Shown piece by piece: positions 56,705 through 64,000 of a stretch of 64,000 nucleotides of DNA. The DNA is taken from NCBI GenBank assembly GCA_038141825.1, contig JAYQIV010000005.1:31268-95267 (forward strand). The letters are read 5' to 3'. A program made the translations under genes and the position numbers. The stretch's first letter is position 1. Each line of letters starts with the position of its first letter. The notes under the pieces are model-generated. The model had not been told where the DNA came from and searched no databases. It saw only the letters and a program-made list of their open reading frames with translations. The DNA is from Cryomorphaceae bacterium. GTDB taxonomy: Bacteria; Bacteroidota; Bacteroidia; Flavobacteriales; Schleiferiaceae.

Positions 56705-58594
56705 ATGTCTAAAGGATCCATTAATGTAACCGCACAGAACATCTTCCCTATCATCAAGAAGTTCTTGTACAGCGACCACGAAATCTTCCTACGAGAACTC
56801 GTTTCTAATGCTGTGGATGCGACGCAGAAGCTAAAGACCTTGACCAATCTTGGTGAGGCCAAAGGCGAATTGGGCGATTTGACCATTCATATCAAACTCG
56901 ACAAAAAGGCCAAGACCTTGAGCATCATCGACCGAGGTATCGGTATGACCGCTGAAGAGATTGACAAATACATCAACCAGGTGGCGTTCTCTGGCGCAGA
57001 AGAATTCGTCAAAGAATACGAAGGCAAAATGGACGGCGCCGACCTGATCGGGCATTTCGGTCTAGGGTTCTACTCCGCCTTCATGGTGGCGAAGAAGGTG
57101 GAAATCTTAACCAAATCCCACAAAGATGCCGCTGCCGTACAGTGGATCTGTGAAGGAAACCCGGAATTCGAACTCAACACCATTGAGAAAGAAGATCGTG
57201 GAACGGAAATCAAGCTTCACATCGCTGAGGACAGTGAAGACTTCTTGGAGGAAAGCAAAATCAACGAGCTGCTAAGCAAGTATGCGAAGTTTATGCCTAT
57301 TGCGATCCAATTCGGCGAAAAGGACGAGAGCTACAATGCTGCCAAAGAAGGCGAAGAGGCCAAATGGGAAACAAAAAAGGTGCCAAATGTCATCAACAAC
57401 CCGAACCCGGCATGGGTACGTACCCCGAGCGAATTGACCGCGGAAGATTACAAAGAATTCTACCGCGAGCTCTACCCAATGAGCTTCGACGAGCCGCTGT
57501 TCAATATTCACCTCAACGTAGATTATCCGTTCAACTTGACCGGTGTACTCTACTTCCCGAAAATCAAACCGAACGTGGAGCCTCAGCGCAACAAAATTCA
57601 GTTGTTCCAGAAGCAGGTGTTCGTTACGGATAGCGTTGAAGGAATCGTTCCCGATTTCTTGACCCTCCTCCACGGGGTCATCGATTCACCGGACATCCCA
57701 CTGAACGTGAGCCGTTCCTACCTCCAGGCCGACGGCAATGTGAAGAAGATCTCTTCGCACATCACCAAAAAGGTCGCGGATAAATTGGATGAAATGTTCC
57801 GCAAAGACCGCGAAGATTTCGAGGCCAAGTGGAACGACATGAAGATCATCATCGAATACGGTATGCTCACCGAGGAGAAATTCTTCGACAAGGCGAAGAA
57901 GTTTGCCTTGTATGAAGATACCGATGGTGCACTCCACACCTTTGAAGCCTACCTCGAAACGATCAAAGAGAATCAAACGGATAAGGACAAAAAGACCGTG
58001 GTGCTTTACGCTTCCCATAAGGACGGACAGCACAGCTACATCCAAGCGGCCAAAGCCAAAGGCTACAGTGTACTGCTCTTAGATTCTCCTTTGACCAGCC
58101 ACTTGCTGCAGAAATTGGAACAAGAGCACGAAAACACCACTTTCGCACGTGTGGATAGCGATTTGATCGACAACCTCATCAAGAAGGACGAAACTCGTGT
58201 AGCCAAGCTCAGCGACAAGCAAAAAGAAGAGCTCAAAACCAGATTAGAAGCCATCGTTCCAAAGGAAAAGTTCACCCTGAAACTCGAGGACATGGACTCT
58301 ACCGAGGCACCGCTAGTGATTACCGTTCCTGAATTCATGCGCCGCATGAAGGAAATGCAAATGACCGGTGGCGGAGGTATGATGGGCATGGGAGATTTCC
58401 CTGATATGTACGATCTGATTGTTAACGCCAATCACCCACTCGCTTCAAAAATCTTGGATACTGAAGATGCAGATGCTCGTGGAACAGCTGTAAATCAAGC
58501 CCTTGACCTCGCCAAGCTTCAGCAAAACTTGCTGCACGGTGAAGAGCTGACTGCGTTCATTGCCCGCTCCTACGAGATGCTCGGCAACGAATAA
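56705..58594 (+). CDS. htpG: Molecular chaperone HtpG (Hsp90)
   Basis: LYSDHEIFLRELVSNAVDA..., IGHFGLGFYSAFMVA, and a 629-aa length. Confidence 0.95.
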   Translation: MSKGSINVTAQNIFPIIKKFLYSDHEIFLRELVSNAVDATQKLKTLTNLGEAKGELGDLTIHIKLDKKAKTLSIIDRGIGMTAEEIDKYINQVAFSGAEEFVKEYEGKMDGADLIGHFGLGFYSAFMVAKKVEILTKSHKDAAAVQWICEGNPEFELNTIEKEDRGTEIKLHIAEDSEDFLEESKINELLSKYAKFMPIAIQFGEKDESYNAAKEGEEAKWETKKVPNVINNPNPAWVRTPSELTAEDYKEFYRELYPMSFDEPLFNIHLNVDYPFNLTGVLYFPKIKPNVEPQRNKIQLFQKQVFVTDSVEGIVPDFLTLLHGVIDSPDIPLNVSRSYLQADGNVKKISSHITKKVADKLDEMFRKDREDFEAKWNDMKIIIEYGMLTEEKFFDKAKKFALYEDTDGALHTFEAYLETIKENQTDKDKKTVVLYASHKDGQHSYIQAAKAKGYSVLLLDSPLTSHLLQKLEQEHENTTFARVDSDLIDNLIKKDETRVAKLSDKQKEELKTRLEAIVPKEKFTLKLEDMDSTEAPLVITVPEFMRRMKEMQMTGGGGMMGMGDFPDMYDLIVNANHPLASKILDTEDADARGTAVNQALDLAKLQQNLLHGEELTAFIARSYEMLGNE

Positions 58595-58632
58595 GTCTGT
58601 GAAATAAATTACACATTGTCATAACAATGTCT

Positions 58633-58654
58633 AGGGGGCTCCGGCCCCCTTTTT
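58633..58654 (+). terminator. Intrinsic terminator after htpG
   Basis: AGGGGGC-TCCG-GCCCCCT followed by TTTT. Confidence 0.75.
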
Positions 58655-58687
58655 GTATTTTTGGGATTCACTAAAACCATTAGCTAC

Positions 58688-60403
58688 ATGAGCGCGGACG
58701 TTCTATCCATTGCTACCGAAAATGCCACATTGTGGACCTCTGATTTATTTGATGCTGAAACTCGTGCTGCTGCACAATCGATGCTCGATGCAGGCGGAGA
58801 TACCTTGATTGAGCCTTTCTACAAAGACCTAGACTTTGGTACTGGAGGGATGCGCGGTATCATGGGCGTGGGAACCAATAGAATCAACCCATATACACTC
58901 GGTTTAGCAACACAAGGTTTGGCCGTTTATGCCCAGCAATCCATGGGGCGTACGGACCTGAAAGCAGCCATTGCGTTCGACAGCCGCAACAATTCTAAGG
59001 CCTTTGCACGCAAAGTGGCAGAAGTCCTTAGTGCCAATGGTGTACACACCTACCTTTTCGAGGATTTACGCCCGACGCCTGAGCTCAGCTTCAGCGTACG
59101 CGAGCTTGGCTGCGATTTCGGAATCGTTTTAACGGCCTCACACAACCCAAAGGAATACAATGGGTACAAGGTATATTGGAACGACGGGGGCCAATTAGTG
59201 CCTCCACACGACAAAGGCGTTATTGAGCAGGTGCGTGCCACTCGTTTCCAAGATATTCGTTGGGATGCCAATGAAGCCCTAATCGAAACCGTAGGCCGCG
59301 AACTTGACGAGAAATACACAGATATGATTGCGGGATTGTCTTTGAGCAACGCCGGCAAAACCGATCTCAACATCGTTTTTACCGCATTGCACGGCACCTC
59401 AATCATTAGCGTACCTCCAGCCTTGGCCAAAGCAGGCTTCACCAACGTTCAGCTCGTAGAGGCGCAAAGCACCCCCGACGGCAACTTCCCTACCGTGGCC
59501 AGCCCTAACCCAGAAGAAAGTGCTGCCCTTGCTATGGCCGTTGCACAAGCCGAAGCCACCGGAGCTGATCTAGTGATCGGTTGTGATCCTGATACTGATC
59601 GCGTGGGCATTGCTGCCAACGATGGAACAGGCAAAATGCAACTGCTCAACGGAAACGATACTGCAGCACTACTCGTCCACTACATCCTCAATGCGTATAA
59701 GGAAAACGGCACCCTGCCCTCAAACGGATTTACTGCTGCCACAGTAGTGACCACGGATCTCATTGCCGACATCTCGGCGGCCTATGGCGTGCCTTGTTAC
59801 CGCTGTTTGACCGGATTCAAGTGGATCGCAGATATTATCAATCACAAGCCGGAGGAACAATTCCTAGTGGGCGGTGAAGAAAGCTACGGCTACCTCATCG
59901 GGGATGCCGTTCGCGACAAAGATGCCGTGGCTTCTGCAGTGATGATTGCGGAAATGGCTGCTAATGCCAAGGCACAAGGCCGTACAGTCTTGCAACAGCT
60001 AGAAGCCATCCACCGCGAGTTTGGCCAATACCAAGAGCGTTTGATTTCCATCACCAAGAAAGGACGCTCAGGCGCCCAGGAGATCGCCGATATGATGACA
60101 GCCCTGCGCAACGACCCGCCGAAGACCTTGGCTGGCTCTCCAGTCGTCATTGCCATCGACCACAGCAATTCCACTCAGACCGATCTGCGCACCGGAGCAA
60201 CATCAAGCACGGCGCTGCCATCTTCAAATGTCTTGCAGTTCATTACGGAGGCTGGAGATAAAGTCAGTGCTCGTCCTTCGGGGACAGAACCAAAAATCAA
60301 GTTCTACTTCAGCGTACGCGCTACTACTGGCGATAGCCACGCTGCAACCAAGGCAGAACTTGAACGAAAGATTGATACCTTTATTGAGGAATTAAACCTC
60401 TAA
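58688..60403 (+). CDS. Phospho-sugar mutase (phosphoglucomutase/phosphomannomutase family)
   Basis: Active-site loop LTASHNPKEYNGYKVY, Mg site GCDPDTDR, and GGEESYG. Confidence 0.8.
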   Translation: MSADVLSIATENATLWTSDLFDAETRAAAQSMLDAGGDTLIEPFYKDLDFGTGGMRGIMGVGTNRINPYTLGLATQGLAVYAQQSMGRTDLKAAIAFDSRNNSKAFARKVAEVLSANGVHTYLFEDLRPTPELSFSVRELGCDFGIVLTASHNPKEYNGYKVYWNDGGQLVPPHDKGVIEQVRATRFQDIRWDANEALIETVGRELDEKYTDMIAGLSLSNAGKTDLNIVFTALHGTSIISVPPALAKAGFTNVQLVEAQSTPDGNFPTVASPNPEESAALAMAVAQAEATGADLVIGCDPDTDRVGIAANDGTGKMQLLNGNDTAALLVHYILNAYKENGTLPSNGFTAATVVTTDLIADISAAYGVPCYRCLTGFKWIADIINHKPEEQFLVGGEESYGYLIGDAVRDKDAVASAVMIAEMAANAKAQGRTVLQQLEAIHREFGQYQERLISITKKGRSGAQEIADMMTALRNDPPKTLAGSPVVIAIDHSNSTQTDLRTGATSSTALPSSNVLQFITEAGDKVSARPSGTEPKIKFYFSVRATTGDSHAATKAELERKIDTFIEELNL

Positions 60404-60410
60404 TTCAAAC

Positions 60411-61602
60411 ATGAAGAATTTCATCATCATAGGGGCCATTTCGATGGCCCTTTTTTCTTGCTCACAACCTGAGCCACAAACAGAAGCAGCCACAGGTCAG
60501 GATTTCATTGGATCCATCATCCAAAACGATTCCACTAGCGTGTCCTTTAACGTTCACTTGGAAGAGAATATACTAACGTTTTACAACGGCGTACAAGAGT
60601 CTTTTGAAGTAACTCTAAGCGGAGAAGATACTCTTCGTGGTACTTTCCCAGTGTTCGCTTCGGACCTATGGCTCGTTCCAACAGAGGATGGGTTTAAAGG
60701 AGAATACTACCGTACAGATGCAAACAATTATCGATTACCTGTTAAGCTGAAGCCGGGTACCATAGAGTACGAGAAGATCTCTTCAACCCTCTCCAGCCAA
60801 TATGCCATCTCCCGCTACATAGGTGATGAAGAAAAGCCTGCCTTGCTGCAGCTCGATACAAAAGACGGTGTGCTTGTTGGTACCATCGCCACCTCTACTG
60901 GCGATAGCAGATTTATGACGGGTTACGAGGTCGAGGGTGGTTTTGAGCTCATGGGCTTCGACGGCAGATTTATTTACAAAGTCAGCGCTGCGGTCTCGGA
61001 TAGTGCCATTGAAGGTCACGTTTGGGCCGGGATGACCGGCTACTACTCCTTCTCAGGTATTGCAGATGATAATGCCACCTTAGAAGATCCCGAGGAAATG
61101 TCCAAAGTTGCGAGAGGATTATACCCACATCGAATGGCACTTGCCGGGTCTTGATGGCGATACCGTTCACTTTGATAGCCGCACCATCACTAAGCCTACC
61201 ATCTTAGCCATCCAAGGATCGTGGTGTCCCAACTGTATGGACGAAGGCCGAGTGTTGGACCAGTACTACCGTGAATTTGAGGGAGCCATTGATGTTTTTG
61301 GATTGAGCTACGAATACAGCGGGACGTTGGAAAAAGCTACGGCTGCCGTACAGAAAATGGAGCGCGATTTAGGCACCTCCTTCCCTATGGTTATTGCGAC
61401 CTACAATGCTCAACAAGACCGCAATGCAGTATTGCCCTTGGAACAGATTAGAAGCTATCCTACTTCGATTATGTTGGATCACCAGGGGAATGTGGTGAAG
61501 ATTCATACCGGTTTTTACGGTCCTTCTACCAAGGAATACGAGGCCTATGTTAGAGAGACCCGAGAGGAATTGGAAGCATTGGTAGCTAAGGCGAATGGCT
61601 AA
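60411..61602 (+). pseudogene. Lipoprotein with C-terminal TlpA-like thioredoxin-fold domain, split by one +1 frameshift
   Basis: Lipobox MKNFIIIGAISMALFSC. ORFs 60411-61154 and 61108-61602 join as ..EDPEEMSK / LREDYTHIEWHLPGLDGDTV... if the G near 61107 is removed. The redox motif is WCPNC. Confidence 0.6.
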
Positions 61603-62104
61603 TTACCTCGAACGCATATGGCCGGATTTTAAAGAGCTCGCCCGCTCCAAGCGAAAGGAGAATAAAAAATTCTTCGCCCGCCTAAACGGGCAAGACCCGA
61701 AGCGTTTGAACGAGCAATTTCATGCGATGCATGAAGAAGTCTTCGCCGAAACGGATTGCTTGACCTGTGCGCGGTGTTGTCGCGCCACTGGACCGCTACT
61801 GACCAAACAGGATATTGGGCGGATTTCCAAAAAACAAGGCATGAAGCCGGCAGATTTCGAGAAGCAATACCTGCGTGTGGATGAAGATGGGGATTGGGTG
61901 ATGAAGAGTTTGCCGTGTCCCTTCTTGGAATTGGACACCAACAAATGTACCATCTACGAATACGCACCAAAGGCATGCCGGCAGTACCCGCATACGGATC
62001 ACCCGAACATGAAGTCGATCTTAGGGTTGACCGAGACCAATGTTAGGCACTGTCCTGCGGTGTTTGAGATGGTCGAGCGAATGAAGCAACGCGCTCAATT
62101 CTAA
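61595..62104 (+). CDS. YkgJ-family cysteine-cluster (zinc/iron-chelating) protein
   Basis: CLTCARCC...CPFL...KCTIYEYAPKACRQYP is the characteristic Cys pattern. Confidence 0.7.
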   Translation: MANYLERIWPDFKELARSKRKENKKFFARLNGQDPKRLNEQFHAMHEEVFAETDCLTCARCCRATGPLLTKQDIGRISKKQGMKPADFEKQYLRVDEDGDWVMKSLPCPFLELDTNKCTIYEYAPKACRQYPHTDHPNMKSILGLTETNVRHCPAVFEMVERMKQRAQF

Positions 62105-63750
62105 CCATATACAGTTCCTCTTCTAAACCAGAAATGGAATGCCAGAGCGGTCGCAACAACGGTCACCGAGCCGATGACGTTGTACCAGAGGTAGCCGAGG
62201 GAAATGATCTCTGTGGTGTTGAGGTAATGGCAGAAGAACACGACGAATTGGCCCAAAATACCGGCCATCAAAATGGACTTCCCTCCCACCTGTTTGATGA
62301 ACAAGGCGACCAAGAAGATTCCCAAGATGGTGCCATAGAATAGGCTACCCAGAACGTTGACCAATTGAATGAGGTTCTCGTACAGTGGCGCGGCTAGAGC
62401 GACGCCAATGGCGGCCAGACCCCAAATAAAGGTGAGCAGGCGAATGGTGCGCTTCGGGCGCTGGGACTCCCCTTTGAATACCGTGTAATAATCTACATAG
62501 GTGGTGGTGGCAAGGGCGCTGACTTCCCCTGCGGTGCTGGACATGGCGGCGGAAATGATCACCGCCAATAGCAATCCCACGAGGCCTTTGGGTAGGAAGT
62601 TGAGCACGAAGGTGATGAAGACATAGTCCGTGTCTTTGCGCTGGAAATTCGGCACATGTGCTTCGAGGGTGGCGATGTAGGACTCGCGGATTTGGGCAAG
62701 GGTTTCCTTGTGGGCATCCACAGCGGCCCAATCTCCGATGAGGAGGGCTTCACGCTTGGCGGCGAAGGAATTTGCATGGAATTTTTCCAGTTCGGCCAAT
62801 TCCGCTTGCACTTCCACCGGCGCTCGTTTCACTTCGCTTTCATTGAAGAAGATGGGCGGTTGAGTGAATTGGTAAAAAACAAAAAGCAAGACGCCCACGC
62901 AGAGCACACCAAACTGCATCGGCACTTTAAACACCCCATTGAAAAGCAGCCCAAAACGGCTGGTAGATAGGTTTTCTGCGCCGAGATAACGTTGGACTTG
63001 GCTCTGATCAGTACCCAAATAACTCAACGAAAGGAACAACCCACCGGCAAGACCCGACCACAGGGTGTAGCGCGTGCCCATGTCCATGGAGGTGTTGATG
63101 ATGTGAAGCTTGCCCATCTGGCCCGCGATGTCGTATGCTTCCGGCATGCTCACGGGAATCTTATCGACCAATAAATAGGCGGCAATCCCCATTCCGCCAA
63201 GAATGGTCAGCATCTGCCATTTCTGTGTCACAGCCACTGCTGCGGAGCCTCCACTCACCGTGTAGAAAATCACGATCAGCCCTATGATGATGATCATGAG
63301 GTTGAGGGACAGGCCCAGTGCGGCGCTTAGGACGATGGCCGGCGCGAAGATGGTAATGCCCGCTGCTAAGCCGCGCGACATCAAGAAAAGGGCTGCGGTA
63401 AACAATCGGGTTTTACGGTCGAAACGTTGCTCGAGGAATTGGTACGCGGTGATGGCACTCATCTTTCTGTAGGCAGGCACAAAGAAGGCGCTGACCAGAA
63501 TGACTGCGAGGGGAAGTCCAAAATAGAACTGAATAAATCCCATATCCTCGGCATAGGCCTGACCGGGCGTGGACAAGAACGTGATGGCCGAGGCCTGGGT
63601 AGCCATGATGCCTAATCCAATGGTCCATAAACTCACATTTTTCGAACCACTGAGCAACTCCCCAGCCGCACGCAACCGAGTTTTATAGACGCCATACCCA
63701 ACAATGAGGGCCAGCGTCCCTACTAAGACGAACCAATCTAAGGGGTGCAT
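62101..63750 (-). CDS. Sodium:solute symporter family transporter
   Basis: 549 aa and multi-TM, with SSS-like N-terminal segments (MHPLDWFVLVGTLALIVGYGVYK...). Confidence 0.8.
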   Translation of the reverse strand: MHPLDWFVLVGTLALIVGYGVYKTRLRAAGELLSGSKNVSLWTIGLGIMATQASAITFLSTPGQAYAEDMGFIQFYFGLPLAVILVSAFFVPAYRKMSAITAYQFLEQRFDRKTRLFTAALFLMSRGLAAGITIFAPAIVLSAALGLSLNLMIIIIGLIVIFYTVSGGSAAVAVTQKWQMLTILGGMGIAAYLLVDKIPVSMPEAYDIAGQMGKLHIINTSMDMGTRYTLWSGLAGGLFLSLSYLGTDQSQVQRYLGAENLSTSRFGLLFNGVFKVPMQFGVLCVGVLLFVFYQFTQPPIFFNESEVKRAPVEVQAELAELEKFHANSFAAKREALLIGDWAAVDAHKETLAQIRESYIATLEAHVPNFQRKDTDYVFITFVLNFLPKGLVGLLLAVIISAAMSSTAGEVSALATTTYVDYYTVFKGESQRPKRTIRLLTFIWGLAAIGVALAAPLYENLIQLVNVLGSLFYGTILGIFLVALFIKQVGGKSILMAGILGQFVVFFCHYLNTTEIISLGYLWYNVIGSVTVVATALAFHFWFRRGTVYG

Positions 63751-63864
63751 TTACACGTATTGACGCGTGATGAAATAGAACGCCACAATCTCCGCTACCA
63801 AAAGCGCGATCACGCCGATGTAGTACTTCTTCCAATTAATGATTGAGGGATTCTTAACGGTCAT
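63751..63864 (-). CDS. Small single-TM membrane protein upstream of the symporter
   Basis: 37 aa: MTVKNPSIINWKKYYIGVIALLVAEIVAFYFITRQYV. Its stop abuts the symporter ATG (TAAATG) and its ATG lies inside the end of the upstream gene. Confidence 0.45.
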   Translation of the reverse strand: MTVKNPSIINWKKYYIGVIALLVAEIVAFYFITRQYV

Positions 63865-64000
63865 AATGCAAGATATTTTGTAGTAGTCTCAAAGCGCCTG
63901 GAACCCCTTTCGGCAATTCCCGGAAGAGCGACAGGCCTGTGTAAATTACGGAACCTTTCCCATACTCTGCAACCACAGTCGAGTTTTCATACACAGTCCC
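63854..64000 (-). CDS. 3' end of a gene running off the window (C-terminus resembles large PIG-L/LmbE-type deacetylases that flank SSS transporters)
   Basis: An open frame to the window edge encodes ...GTVYENSTVVAEYGKGSVIYTGLSLFRELPKGVPGALRLLQNILHYDR*. The family assignment is from memory only. Confidence 0.4.
   Translation of the reverse strand, partial: GTVYENSTVVAEYGKGSVIYTGLSLFRELPKGVPGALRLLQNILHYDR

Noticed and set aside
1-64000. CRISPR arrays, rRNA genes, complete tRNAs and known defence-system hallmarks
   Set aside because: I saw no regularly spaced direct repeats, no rRNA-like conserved blocks and no full cloverleaf by eye. No nuclease, helicase or methylase gene clusters were recognised either. 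Dedicated tools were not run.

Overview
The window looks like a Bacteroidota (Flavobacteriia-like) chromosomal segment. Supporting features are a T9SS type-B C-terminal sorting domain protein, a TonB-dependent receptor paired with a DUF4249 lipoprotein, a DUF4248 protein next to a tyrosine integrase, a GldI-like FKBP lipoprotein and TAnnTTTG-type -7 boxes.

Most of it is housekeeping or metabolic: rlmF, an M49 dipeptidyl-peptidase III, cdd, aroQ, xerD, ndk, rplS, aroC, hutI, fabH, htpG, a phosphoglucomutase, and SulP, DAACS and SSS transporters. By eye, the left edge (about 250-4400) is AT-richer. It carries a tRNA-Met-like fragment, orphan secreted proteins, a DUF4248 gene and a tyrosine integrase whose 5' end has decayed, so I read it as an eroded integrative island. 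A lone DDE (rve) transposase lies at 8.1-9.4 kb.

A SAM-I riboswitch (minus strand, 25942-26041) heads a tightly overlapping operon: OsmC, a MetZ/MetY-like sulfhydrylase, MetX, and a homoserine dehydrogenase with a degenerate aspartokinase domain.

The clearest sequence-level signal is ORF disruption. Nine otherwise recognisable genes are broken by single-nucleotide indels, most of them +1 insertions by my hand reconstruction. A roughly 2.2-kb PiT-type phosphate transporter gene carries about ten lesions and sits next to a frameshifted phosphate-porin-like gene.

Other notable items are two tandem cyclophilin-FKBP dual-domain PPIases plus a GldI-like FKBP lipoprotein, a lipoprotein 5'-nucleotidase-like enzyme with non-canonical metallophosphatase motifs next to a DsrE-like lipoprotein, and a glycine-lipid-type acyltransferase pair.

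I saw no rRNA, no complete tRNA, no CRISPR array and no recognisable defence system. All calls come from reading the sequence and ORF translations by eye; no searches were run.
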